Numbered from the stretch's first letter, positions 13,381 through 26,555 are shown. The stretch: DNA of 64,000 nt from Eledone cirrhosa (GCA_964016885.1 OZ024741.1:121768001-121832000), one strand, 5' to 3'. The notes: a model not told the origin generated them from the sequence alone. A program made the numbers and translations.

Positions 13381-15998
13381 TGTTATACTTGGGGAGGGTC
13401 ATATTTGTGTAATAATATTGCCAGAATTAATAACAGAACACACTCACTGTTTGGTTGGTTTTCGCTTCTGTGTCTTTTATATCGGTTAATTTAATTTATT
13501 CGGTCCTCAATGTTACCATTAACTGACCAACGGTCAAAAATACAGATACAATATAGACACAAACACATATATATAGTCTAACAAAGTTCTTTCGTTGCAC
13601 ATCTGCAACATCGTCAGTGGTGCTATTATGTCCCCCCCCCCCCCTTGTATTGTATGCCTACGCCATCTTTATTTAGTCTGTTTATTTATTTGTTTCTTTT
13701 TTTGTCACTCTGCGCATGCGTTTGCGAGTGTGTATAGTGTTTTGTTTGATGTGTGTCCGTGTTTGGGTGACTGTGTATTGGTTATTGTATTCTATCTTAG
13801 TTTACTAGTGTGTGTTTATATGTGTTTGTTGTTATTGTGCTTGTGTATTTATTTATTTATTTATTTATTTATACTTCCCTTAGGTCAGTGTTGTTTGCTT
13901 GGATGTCGTTATTCCATTCATTTTTTTCTGTTTAACCATGGCCTTCTAAGTTCTATTTCGCTGGCCTCTCTGATTTGCCTATCTGCTGGGTCATTTCTAT
14001 GTTTAGATATTATTCTAATTTCTATGTTGTCTATATTATCGCAGTGTTGTTGTCTGGCATGTTCGTATAGTACTGAACCGATTTTTCGTCCTTTTAGTTC
14101 CCCCCAGTGTTGGTCTATCCTTTCACCTATGCTACGAGCTGTCTCGCCTATGTATGTTGTTGTCATGTTTCTGAAAGTACCCTCTGTACATCTTATGCTA
14201 TTGACTACGTTTCTAGTTTTACAGTTTATCCGGGGGCTTACTTTACATATGATACATTTCCTATTAGTATAGTGGATTTTCTTAAAAGGGTATGTTTTGC
14301 TGATCAGGGATTTTATGGTAGTTCCTGGCTTTTCTACCACCTTAATCTTTAAGTGGGTCTTTCTCAGGGCCTTTCTACACTGATTAGCTAATTTTTCTCC
14401 AGGGGTAGCGTCCACAAACATGACAATCTGGTATCTCTGGTTGTCGTACCATGAGGTGGCTTTCCCTATCTTATGTCTAGTCCTATCTAAGCTATTCCAT
14501 GATTTGCTCCTGTATAATGGGCAAATTCCTTTTATGTCCAGTTCTATGAGGGTCTTATACTTCTCCGTGGCTCCTTCGTATACTCTGATTCTGTCTCTTT
14601 GGTTGTAGCCAGAGAACTGCATGCGGTTGATGAAGTGTTGGATGTATCTTTCCATTGCTGTTGGGTCGCACATGCGGGACACGTTCTTCATTACTCGTAC
14701 CAAGTTTGCGATCAGAATATTAAACTTAGCACTACTGGACATTGCTGAGCTTTTGAGCATCAGGTATTTGGAAGCCATGGGTTTAGCATAGTGTAAGTGG
14801 AGAATTTGGGCTCTCTCGTCTATAGTGTTAATCCAGAGTTCCGTGTCTAATACACGTAGTCTATTGTTAGGGTGTTTGGAAGGGTAGTCGATAGTTACAG
14901 TTACTCTGGTGTATGGAATTAGCTATCTGCTGGATGCTTTCCATCGTGCTACATTCTAAATCAAACTTGTTAGTGCTCTCTTGTGGGGATGTCCTTATTA
15001 CTATATTGATATCGTCTACATAACGAGAGTACATGATGAGGTCTATGGAGCCCTCATCAAGGAGATCTTTGAGTCTCCTTTCCCACCATACCATAAAAAG
15101 TTGACAACGTCACCAGCTATGCTGACGCCAATGGCTGCTCCCTCATTTTGGGTGTAGATCTTCTCGTTGAATTTGAATATGTGGCCCTTTAGGGTAGTTT
15201 TGATACTAGCCCCTATTGCATGTGGGACCATTTTTCTTACCTGATCATTGTTTTGGGGGGTCCGTATGGCTTTGGTCCACCAAATCCACCTTTCCATGGG
15301 AGTCGTTTTTGACATTGAGGTTATGGTGGGGGGTCTACCTCTTATGGGTCTACTGGATCAGAAACGTCTAAGGTCATGGCTGTCTAGGTAGTCAGTGTCG
15401 TAGGTAAGTCTAAGTAGGAGGCCCAGTTCGTCTGTGTCGACGTCGCAGAACTCCACCTCACTCTCAATGATCATCTCCACACATTTTTCCACAGCAAAAT
15501 CAATGTTAATGGATGGGTACAGTGACACCACATCCATGCTGCCTATTATGCAGTTGGATAGGTTCCTGTTTTTGTTGCACTCACTGATTGTTGTTGGACC
15601 TCTGGTCCGCTCTGTCTCTTAGTGCACCGGTCTACTATTTGTCTAATCTTATTTCTAGCTATGGTGAACTGTGCCTCGGTCTCGTCATCTATTTGTTGTG
15701 GTATGCAAACCCTTTTATTAAAGGTTAACCCCGTAGGATAGATATTACCCATCTTATATGTTTTGTCAGCTGGGTTGAAGAATAGTTTCTCTAAGGGGTT
15801 GTCATTATATCTATCGTCATAGTTGTGTGTGTTGCTATTATTGTTATTATGGTGGTTGTTGTTGTTCCTATCATTAGCATTATTATTATTGTTATGATTG
15901 CTAGATGTATTGTTGCTGTGATTGTTAGATGTATTGTTGTTGTTTTCTTCACCGTTATTGTTGTTGTTACTGTTATTTATACCATTGTGGTTGTTACA
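13381..15998 (-). mobile_element. Penelope-like element (RT plus C-terminal GIY-YIG endonuclease), left arm of a palindrome
   Basis: Minus-strand ORFs with GSMDVVSLYP, YSRYVDD and YIGETARSIGERIDQH, plus an Asn-rich segment at 15800-15990. Lacks about 445 bp that is present in the right arm. Confidence 0.9.
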
Positions 15999-18745
15999 GA
16001 GGCACAGTTCACCATATATAGAAATAGGATTAGACAAATAGTAGACCGGTATACTAAGCGACAAAGCAGACCAGAGGTCCAACAACTTGGGAGAAAACCT
16101 GTAGAAGGCTTGGTGAGGTAGTATGTCTACCCACGGATAAGTCTGCTAGGATGTCAATAGACAGCATGCCAAACTACATCAAGGCTATGCAACCCCACAT
16201 CACCAACACGAGCAAAATTGCACAGCAAATACATGATGGGAGAAAGAAAATCCTCAACGCTCACATGATGATGTGGACCGACATCCTAAAGCCAAGCAGA
16301 TGCACTGCCAACAACTTCCAGGCGTCTAACAATGGCATACCACCCTTGTATGTGCTCCGCAAAGACCACAAGACAGTCGACGACCCGACAACAGGACCAC
16401 CAACGAGACCTGTATGCGGAGCAAATATAGCTAGCAACTACAGGATCTCCTACTTCCTCTCAATGGTTATACGCTCCATAATCAAGATGTCCCCAGATGT
16501 ATGTGACAGTACAGAGGACCTCCTCAGCAGAATCAGTGAGTGCAACAAAAACAGGAACCTATCCAACTGCATAATAGGCAGTATGGATGTGGTATCACTG
16601 TACCCATCCATTAACATTGATTTTGCTGTGGAAAAATGTGTGGAGATGATCATTGAGAGTGAGGTGGAGTTCTGCGACGTCGACACAGACGAACTGGGCC
16701 TCCTACTTAGACTTACCCACGACACTGACTACTTAGACAGCCATGACCTTAGACGTTTCTGATCCAGTAGACCCATAAGAGGTAGACCCCCCCACCATAA
16801 CCTCAATGTCAAAAAAGACTCCCATGGGAAGGTGGATTGGGTTGACCAAAGCTATACGGACCCCCCAAAACAATGATCAGGTTTGAAAAATGGTCGCACA
16901 TGCAATAGGGGCTAGTATCAAAACTACCCTAAAGGGCCACATATTCAAATTCAACGAGAGGATCTACACCCAAAATGAGGGAGCAGCCATTGGCGTCAGC
17001 ATAGCTGGTGACGTTGCCATCCTTTTTATGGTATGGTGGGAAAGGAGACTCAAAGATCTCCTTGATGAGAGCTCCATAGACCTCATCACGTACTCTCGTT
17101 ACGTAGACGACATCAATATAGTAATAAGGACATCCCCACAAGAGAGCCCTAACAAGTTTGATTTAGAATGTAGCACAATGGAAAGCATCCAGCAGATAGC
17201 TAATTCCATACACCAGAGTCTAACTGTAACTATCGACTACCCTTCCAAACACCCTAACAATAGACTACCTGTATTAGACACGGAACTCTGGATTAACAGA
17301 TATAGACGAGAGAGCCCAAATTCTCCACTCACACTATGCTAAACCCATGGCCTCCAAATACCTGATACTCAAAAACTCAGCAATGTCCAGTAGTGCTAAG
17401 TTTAATATTCTGATCGCAGACTTGGCACGAGTGATGAAGAATGTGTCCAGCATGTGCGACCCAACAGAAATGGAAAGACACATCCAACACTTCATCAACC
17501 GCATGCAGTTCTCTGGCTACAACCAAAGAGACAGAATCAGAGTATACGAAGGAGCCACGGAAAAGTATAAGACCCTCATAGAATTGGACATGAAAGGAAT
17601 TTGCCCATTATACAGGAGCAAATCATGGAATAGCTTAGATAAGACTAGACTTAAGATAGGGAAAGTCACCCCATGGTACGACAACCAGAGATACCATAGT
17701 GTCATGTTTGTCGACCCTACCCCTGGAGGGAAATTAGCTAACCAGTGTAGAAAGGCCCTGAGAAAGACCCACTTAAAGATTAAGGTGGTAGAAAAGCCAG
17801 GAACCACCATAAAATTCCTGATCAGCAAAACCTACCCTTTTAAGAAAATCCACTGTACTAATAGGAAATGTATCATATGTAAAGTAATCCCCCGGATAAA
17901 CTGTAAAACTAGAAACGTAGTCTATAGGGTCTAGAGGGTACTTGCAGAAACATGACAACAACATACATAGGCGAGACAGCTCGTAGCATAGGTGAAAGGA
18001 TAGACCAACACTGGGGGAACTAAAAGGACGAAAAAACGGTTCAGTACTATACGAACATGCCAGACAACAACACGACGGTAACATAGACAACATAGAAATT
18101 AGAATAATATATTAACATAGAAATGATCCAGCAGATAGGCAAATCAGAGAGACCAGTGAAATAGAACTTAGAAGGCCAAGGTTAAACAGAAAAAAATGAA
18201 TGGAATTACAACACCCAAACAAACAATACTGACCTAAGAGAAGTATAAATAAATAAATAAATAAATAAATACATATACAAGCACAATAACAACAAACACA
18301 TATAAACACACACTAGTAAACTAAGATAGAATACAATAACCAATACACAATCACCCAAACACGAACACACATCAAACAAAACACTATACACACACGCAAA
18401 TGCATGCGCAGAGAAGACAAAAAAATAAACAAATAAATAAATAAATAAACAGACTAAATAAAGATGGCGTAGGCATACAATACAAGGGGAGGAAACATAA
18501 TAGCACCACTGACGATGTTGCAGATGTGCAACGAAAGAACTTTGTTAGACTATATATATGTGTTTGTGTCTATATTGTATCTGTATTTTTGACCGTTGGT
18601 CAGTCAATGGTAACAATGAGGACCGAACAAATTACATTAACCGATATAAAAGACACAGAAGCGAAAACCAACCAAAGAGTGAGTGCGTTCTATTATTAAT
18701 TCTGGCAATATTATTACACAAATATGACCCTCCCCAAGTAGAACA
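15999..18745 (+). mobile_element. Penelope-like element, right arm of the palindrome (frameshifted)
   Basis: ORFs 16151-16762, 16890-17342 and 17347-17934 contain LRKDHK, PTRPVCG, MDVVSLYPSI, RYVDD, LPVLD and a CxxC linker. Reverse complement of 13381-15677. Confidence 0.9.
18501..18548 (+). ncRNA. Hammerhead motif in the Penelope pLTR (mirror copy on the minus strand at about 13578-13625)
   Basis: CTGACGA-T-GTTGCA(gatg)TGCAAC-GAAA-GAA-CTT. Stem I pairs poorly, so it may be inactive. Confidence 0.6.
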
Positions 18746-18801
18746 TTTGTTTCGACACACGATTTCATATAAAAAACCTCGCAAAACTATATATATATAT
18801 A

Positions 18802-18855
<54 letters not shown>

Positions 18856-18885
18856 TGTTTTCTTTTCTTTATATTTTGAATTTAG

Positions 18886-19253
18886 AGAATCAAGTTATCC
18901 AGAATTTGAACCGCTCTGCACTGAATAGACTGGATAAAAGGGAATCATATTTTAGGGATATCGTTCTGGATAAATACAAAGAGAGATGTTTGTCTATTGG
19001 CCATGATCTGACTTTATATAACTTCTATGAAATCACAGGCGGGGACAATTTTCCTGGTGACTATTTTAATCCCTGGAAATGCCCACTCTGTGGTTGTGAT
19101 ATTTGCTTTTACGCTGATTTACCGCAATCTTTACTTCTTTGTTTCCAGAAGGCAGCAAATTGTTACACATTACAAAGCCAATGTAACGTAAGAACATTTC
19201 TGAAAACCTACAGCTTCGTAGGAGTGGAACAATTGTTTAGCCAGTCTAAATAA
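18886..19253 (+). CDS. Terminal coding exon of the RasGEF-like gene
   Basis: Polypyrimidine tract plus tttAG acceptor. G+AG=Glu restores the frame of ORF 18558-19253. C-terminus FQKAANCYTLQSQCNVRTFLKTYSFVGVEQLFSQS resembles the end of CDC25 domains. Confidence 0.75.
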
Positions 19254-19374
19254 ATATCATTAGCTAAGACATATACATACATACATACGCACACAGAGAG
19301 ACACATACGCACACAGCAACACAAAAATACACACACGCACACAGACTCACACATGGATATGTACAAATACACAT

Positions 19375-19451
<77 letters not shown>

Positions 19452-19684
19452 CACATGCACAATATACACACTGTTAAATTAAAACTAAATACATGTTTTG
19501 TTTTTTAATTTTAATATCAAAATGAAACGAAAAAGTAAAATAAAGAATGAAATAAGCCGTCACAATGTACTACTATAGTACAATGCATTTAGTGCGGCGC
19601 CCGCCAAAGTGTGGGACCCGTATTACATCTTACTCTTGCTATTAGGTTAACTGTTTATAGTCGCAGTTGTCATTATATATATAT

Positions 19685-19890
19685 ATCCCGGATTCAATCT
19701 GGGGTAACCACAATTAATAAGGTACTCAATACATTAGTATAGTGTAAACATCGAGTTTAATATAGAAATGGCTTTTACAGAACTAGAACTGTTTCATTGA
19801 AAAGAGATCACCAGGAAGGCTTTCCTGATGATTTCTTTTCAATGAAGTACATCTAGTCCTGTAGAAGCCGTTTCTATATTAAACTTTATT
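19685..19890. mobile_element. Fold-back pLTR-like fragment; same family at about 22655-22770 and 24790-24912
   Basis: 19756-19815 and 19823-19883 are imperfect reverse complements with a decayed CTGATGA...GAA core. Abuts (TA)n. Confidence 0.6.
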
Positions 19891-20299
19891 CCTCCTCTCC
19901 TCCTCTTCCCCCCTCTCTCTAAAACCCTCTTAGTTCTCATCTCATATTTTAGACTCTCTTTCTCTCTCTCTCTCCCACTCTCCGTTCGATTTGTGGTTAT
20001 ATCTTAACCCCCCCCCCCTATATATATATGTAAGTGATTATAATGGAATATTCTACTATTACTTTTGTTAAGGTGAGAAAGGTTCAATGCGCTCTTAAGT
20101 TCTTCAGCGCGTAAGAAATTCAAAGCAATCGAAATAGTCTTTGGAAGGTTAAAGTTCTTGCTGTTGAGGACAGTGAGGGAGCAGAGCATAAATATTTAAA
20201 GTGAAGAGAACCAAGGTTTTCAAATTCAATCCATCTTTAATATCTACAACCGTTTCTATACATGTGATAAGCTTACATGCATATGCAAACAACAAATAA

Positions 20300-20570
20300 A
20301 TCAATTACAACTAATTAGCAATTGTTTACACAATACACAAAAACCTTCATATCATCTGGATTATCAAATCAAAAGGGATTGCATTTAGCCAAAATACACA
20401 TATCAAGAACATTGTCATTATCAAAGATATTTTTATAATATTCTTATTAAGTATTGTACAGTAACGGTGGGTTGGAGGGAAGTTTTTCACTAGTATATCA
20501 AAAAATAGTTTTGGTATAAAAGAGGCAATGTGTTTACTAAATGGCGGGTTAAACCACACCGGATTTCCTG
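20300..20570 (-). pseudogene. Fragment of a different Penelope-like ORF
   Basis: WFNPPFS...FPPTHRY..ILNKNIIKIS, which I recall as typical of the PLE region downstream of the RT. Confidence 0.6.
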
Positions 20571-20766
20571 TGAGTAGATTTAATATTTCGCCACAGTGGA
20601 TAACTTAATTGCAGTCCAAAGTAGTTATCGTTTAAAGTATTAAATTCCCGTCAACTGTTACTTGTATAAACATTTGATATGGGATTTAAGTCAGGCCGAT
20701 TCGGGATGTGTCTGTTTTAACGTCATTACAGTAGATGTTTGCTATGTTCCTGCTATTTTTACTTTT

Positions 20767-20952
20767 ATGGATTGGTAGTATCGTTAGAGAGTCGTACGCC
20801 ATGCTTTGCAGCATAGAGTTACGGCTCTTTATGATCTGAGTTCAAATCCCGCCGAGGTTAACTTTGCCTTTCATCCTTACGAGGTCGATAAAATAAAGTA
20901 CCAGTAATGCACTGGAATAATTGCTGGCCTTGTGCCAAAAGTAGAAACAATT
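20767..20952 (+). mobile_element. tRNA-derived SINE, family A
   Basis: GGATTGGTAGTATCG (A box-like) and GAGTTCAAATCCC (B box), followed by the core CTTTGCCTTTCATCCTTACG(G/A)GGTCGATAAAATAAAGTACCAGT. Many copies in the window. Confidence 0.85.
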
Positions 20953-21171
20953 ATTACTTTTATGAATGCTGTTTCCATAATTTTTGTGTGTTCTATATTA
21001 TCTCTATTTTACCTGGGTATCTGATTATCGCTACAATTACTAGTTTTTTGTTGTTGTTATTGAATAGCGAACAATTGTTCAGTTTAAGTGTACTATTAAT
21101 TGCCCTAGTTGGATCTATACTTGGACTGATTATTAACATAGAATAGATATTTTCCCGGTTTATGTATATAT

Positions 21172-21545
21172 ACATATATTAATAAGAGATCGGAGGCCAT
21201 ATTCAGTTGATTCAGGTTTATTTAAAACTCCGTTATACATATTTCACTGACGACTATCAGTTATGATAGCCTGAGCTCTTCAGACGGCGAAACCTAAAGT
21301 AAACATTGAAAGTTCCTAAGAAACCTTTAAATTTGGAAAAATCCAATAATTTACCCGAAAACAAATTTCTTTTCATGATACAGGTGGCCGGCCAAACGCA
21401 TGTTGTTGTATCTTCGACGGTCAGCTCCTGTATAACGGAGTTTTAAATAAACCCGAATAAACAGAATATGGTGTCCGATCTTTTATTAATATATAATACT
21501 CCGATTTGCGCCATTTATACAGGTCGTTGAGCGCTTCTTTTTATC
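21172..21545. mobile_element. Inverted pLTR-like pair
   Basis: About 21172-21239 and 21430-21494 are reverse complements. Decayed hammerhead-like CTGAAGA...GAAA-TATG-TA on the minus strand at about 21232-21285. Confidence 0.55.
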
Positions 21546-21607
21546 TGCTTCGCAACCAACAGACCATAATGTGGTCAGTACATCTCTGTTCGGTTAACCC
21601 CATACTG

Positions 21608-21654
<47 letters not shown>

Positions 21655-21659
<5 letters not shown>

Positions 21660-22600
21660 AAATTAGTCCTTCATCAGTGATCTTCCAACTTTCATTGGTA
21701 TTTCATCGCTTTAAAAATCATATACCTCTGGTTGGTGCGAGCAATAACTAAATAAAGTTATTGGGACAACTAAAATATGGTGAAACGAGCGAGACCACCC
21801 ATGTCGGATGGTCTGTATCTCTCGTCCATGAATTCACGAAGCTTAAGCTTACAGATATCATGTACTTGTCTCTTCCTATCTTTCCGTTGCAATACCATCG
21901 TTGTTTGTTTACATGTCTCGCTCGTTTCACCATATTTTACTTGTCCCAATAACTTTATTTAGTTATTGCTCGCACCAACCAGAGGTATATGATCTTTAAA
22001 GCGATGAAATACCAATAAAAGTTGGAAGATCACTGATGAAGGACTAATTTTATTCATATGTAACCCATGTGCAACCACGCAGAAAACCATTGTTCTTATA
22101 TTTATATTTTTTCTTCAGCTGCGATCGTCTGTTTCTTTCTTACTGCTTCCCCCCCTCTCTCTGTATCTCTCACCTTCTTTTTATCCCCTCTGCCAGTCAC
22201 ACTCTCTCTCGGCTGGCCTCTTCCTCACACTTCCACTCACTCACTCTCTGCTTCTCCCCTTCTCTCACTTCCTCCCGTTTGACCTGTGTGAAATCCTTTT
22301 CTCGTTCACATCTCACCCTTGTCGGATGGTCTGTATCTCTCGTCCATGAATATACCAAGCTTACGCTTACAGACATCATGTACTTATCTCTTCCTATCTT
22401 TCCGTTGCAATACCATCGTTGTTTGTGTACATGTCTCGCTCGTTTCACCCTATTTTACTTGTCCCAATAACTTTATTTAGTTATTGCTCGCACCAATCAG
22501 AGGTATATGATCTTTAAAGCGATGAAATACCAATAAAAGTTGGAAGATCACTGATGAAAGACTAATTTTATTTATTTGTAACCCATGTGCAACCACGCAG
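21655..22600. mobile_element. Non-coding element with an inverted head and a partial tandem (period about 518 nt) between (TA)n tracts
   Basis: 21655-21795 is the reverse complement of about 21915-22053. 21803-22082 is repeated at 22321-22600. No complete hammerhead found. Confidence 0.7.
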
Positions 22601-22611
22601 CACTCCATTTT

Positions 22612-22658
<47 letters not shown>

Positions 22659-22927
22659 AATGGCTTCTACAGGACAGGAACTGTTTCATTTGAAGGAAAT
22701 TTATACACTTCTATGTATTGAGTACCTTACTTACTGTGGAGTACTGTGGTTATCCCCGATTGAACTGGGACACACACATACACACATATATATAATATAT
22801 TGGGAAATGTGTGAAATCCTTGGTACAGTTCTCTTTGTTGTCATCCCATTCTTATCAAAAGACATGTATCTTACAGCTCTCCCAACAGCACTCCCAACCC
22901 ATTATCTAGCTGTCACCATTCACCATT

Positions 22928-23076
<149 letters not shown>

Positions 23077-23381
23077 ATCAACATTATTCATCAACACTAC
23101 TTCATACCCACACTCATTAACATCGCACCCCATCCCCCATACACATACAAATCTCTCTTATATATAGAGTCAGACATCACAACACAACCTGATCTCAGTT
23201 TGACAATCACCATCGACGAATGTGAGAAAGTTCTCCAGGAAAGTTAACCAGGAATCTTTAAAATGCTTCCCACTGAAGTTAACAAAGAAGCTACTAGATC
23301 TACCAACTCATAATATTATAATATTATAAAATTAAATTAAATTGTTTAGAACTACAAGTAAAGTCATTCTTTTTCTTTTTT

Positions 23382-23447
<66 letters not shown>

Positions 23448-23577
23448 GTATGTATCTACGTATGTATATATGGATGCATGTATGTAAGTATGTACGTATG
23501 TACATATGTACATATATATCGGTATTAGTATTGATATATATATATATGACCCTCCCCATATATATAAATATATATAT

Positions 23578-23928
23578 AAAATTAGAATTGGTGTTCTGAA
23601 ATAGCGATATATATATGAATGTATATATAGTGTATTTTGCAATACACTGTATGCTTAATTAAATGCATTTTGAAGACCATACGCTATTGTTTTAAAATAG
23701 TGACAATGTCACTTATTTAAATTTTCAGCAAACAGGAGCGATAAACTGATAGAGCTCTCTTCCGTACGTTTTGGTACTTATCAAAGCTCACTACTCCTTG
23801 CTGAAAATTATGTGTGTTGGATTCTTATAGAATTCCAGTAATAATCAGACATCATGTACTTATCTCTTCCTATCTTTCCGAGCTCTACTCCATTCGTTAA
23901 GCGAATGAGGTCTGGGATCTTGTCGATC

Positions 23929-23986
<58 letters not shown>

Positions 23987-24438
23987 GTAGAACACTGGAA
24001 GGTAATATCCGTAGTGGTAGAGCACTCAGTCCATGGTACGAGTTAGGTAACTGATAAAATAAAGTACCAGTAATGCACTGGGTAATTGCTGGCCTTGTGC
24101 CTAAAAGTAGAAACAAGTAATAATCAGGAACTGATTATACAGAGCAGTCGCTGGTCCAGCAGAAATTGAAAATTAGAATTGGTACTCTGAAATAGCGATA
24201 TATATATGAATGTATATATAGTGTATTTTGCAATACACTGTATGTTTAATTAAATGCATTTTGAAGACCATACGCTATTGTTTTAAAGTAGTTACAATGT
24301 CACTTATTTAAATTTTCAGCAATCAGGGGAGATAAACTGACAGAGCTCTGTTTCGTACTTTTTGGTACTTATCCAAGCTCACTACTCCTCCTGTTTGCTG
24401 AAAATTATGTGTGTTGGGTCCTTATAGAATTCCAGTAA
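23578..24438 (-). mobile_element. Tandem dimer of the 316-nt hammerhead family (degenerate cores), interrupted by a chimeric insert
   Basis: 23578-23840 is repeated at about 24169-24438 and is homologous to 11260-11645. The minus strand near 24335-24380 reads TGGATAA-GTAC(caaaaa)GTAC-GAAA-CAGAGCTCTG-TC. Confidence 0.7.
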
Positions 24439-25057
24439 TTGCTGAAAATTTAAATTCTTTCTGACTTTGTCACCCTAAATTCAGCTTTAAAGAATTCCCC
24501 TTTGTTTAAACCAATGAAGACAACCCATCATGTAGACACCTAATAGACAGGCTTTGTTAGTTTAAGAAATACTTAAAAACAAGGATTGGTATTCCAATTT
24601 GAACCTGTTTACAGTATTCTTTTTGCTTTTGTCACCCTTAATATAAATTATAGCTTTAAAGAATTAGCTTTTAATGAATTACCTTTTTTTTAAACCCATC
24701 AACCAATGACCTCCACCCATCCCAATCCCCACCCTCTCCTACCACCAGAAAACATAAATACCACCACATTTACTTGGACAGTCAGCTTCATGATCATTTC
24801 TCACGAATGAAAAAGTACTAGTCCTGTAGAAACTTTTCTATATTAAAACATTTATACTCTGCTATGTATTGAGTAATTTACTTACTGTGGTTACCCCCGA
24901 TTGAACCCGGAATAACTTATATATATTTCTGCCTGGATTTGCCAGCGACAGATAGTATTAGCAATTGGATAGACCAATTGAAACATTGTTTCCTCTGTCC
25001 AATTGGACGAGCTCTACTCCATTCGTTAAGCGAATGAGGTCTGGTATCTTGTCGATC

Positions 25058-25155
<98 letters not shown>

Positions 25156-25295
25156 GAATATATATATATGTATATATATATCTGTATATATATATATGTA
25201 TATATATATATGTATATATATATATGTATATATATATATGTATATATATATATGTATATATATATATATGTATATATATATGTATATATATATAT

Positions 25296-25460
25296 GTTCG
25301 TTTATGCTTTGCCATTCACGTATATTACTGTTACACATCCAGCGGAGCATGCAAGCTTCGTTCCTCTCTAGTCTGCGTATATCCTCTGCACACAATGCCC
25401 AGGTCTCACTACCATGCAACATTGCTGTTCGTGTGCAGGCATCGTACAACCTGCCTTTCA
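25296..25460 (-). pseudogene. RTE RT C-terminal fragment embedded in microsatellites
   Basis: [22 protein letters not shown]...[12 protein letters not shown]. Confidence 0.75.
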
Positions 25461-25461
25461 T

Positions 25462-25492
<31 letters not shown>

Positions 25493-26059
25493 GTATGTGT
25501 ATATGTGTGTATGTATATATATATATGTATGTATTTATATATGTATGTGTTTGTATATATATATATGTATGTATGTGTATGTATGTATGTATGTATATGT
25601 ATGTATGTATATATATGTATCTTTGTATATGTATGTATGTATATATATGTATGTATGTTTGTATATGTATGTATATATATGTATGTATGTATATATATGT
25701 ATGTATGTATATATATGTATGTATGTATGTATGTATATGTATGTATGTATGTATATATATGTATGTATGTATATGTATGTATGTGTATGTATGTATGTGT
25801 ATGTATGTATGTATGTATGTATATGTATGTCAGGTCACCAGTTGGTGCTACTGGTAACATGTATCCCAGTACAACCTGTCTCATGGTCGGGTCGTTGGCG
25901 ACTAAACTGGCAACCCCACCAAGGTTTCTTGGTGAGGAGGGTGACTTTGGACATCCTGCAGGACTAAAAACAAAACCTGTCAAAGGGCAAAGGAGCTCTT
26001 AAGAGTCAATGGCCATCCAAAATCACCGGGAGAGATGACCCCTTAGCCTTTGTCAAGGC

Positions 26060-26432
26060 AGAATTCTAGGAGAAGGAAAACTCTGATATAACACCTGCAA
26101 CCCTGATGGTATCCAATGATGTTGACTTGTTCTTCTTTTTGGTAAATATCATCTTGGTTAAGAGAGTGGGACTGGCTTTGTGCAGTGCCTTTGCTCACTA
26201 TAAAAGCTTCACGGCACAGGCATTGCTTTATATCTGGAGATCTCTCTGCACTTGTCGTCACATGGTACCATGGGCCCAACACTATGTGTCAATAATTGTC
26301 ACAAGTGTAGTCTTTGTACCAGAGTTTTCAAGTCGCTGGCTGGACTAAAAAGTCACTCGTTCAGCGCATCAGTAGGGGTTCTCCTACATGGATATAAAGT
26401 AGTGGCCGTACTCGAAAACGAGTTGGCAGCCA
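26060..26432 (+). pseudogene. 3' end of an RTE-like LINE with a zinc-finger-like C-terminus
   Basis: [20 protein letters not shown], similar to the 3' end of the RTE at 40660-40745. Confidence 0.55.
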
Positions 26433-26461
26433 CCATATATATGTATATATATATGTATATA

Positions 26462-26555
<94 letters not shown>

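Noticed and set aside
18226-18745. SECIS element for the Penelope TGA
   Set aside because: I could not find an RUGA/GA kink-turn hairpin with apical AA by eye.
19823-19860. Functional hammerhead in the 19.7-19.9 kb fold-back
   Set aside because: The core is degenerate (GAAG in place of GAAA, poor stems); recorded only as a decayed remnant.
24917-26002. Long YI/HT/VC-rich ORFs (also at 12.6-13.1, 22.7-23.6, 29.4, 53.6-54.8 and 59.6 kb)
   Set aside because: Translations of (TA)n, (CA)n and (TATG)n microsatellites that lack stop codons by composition.
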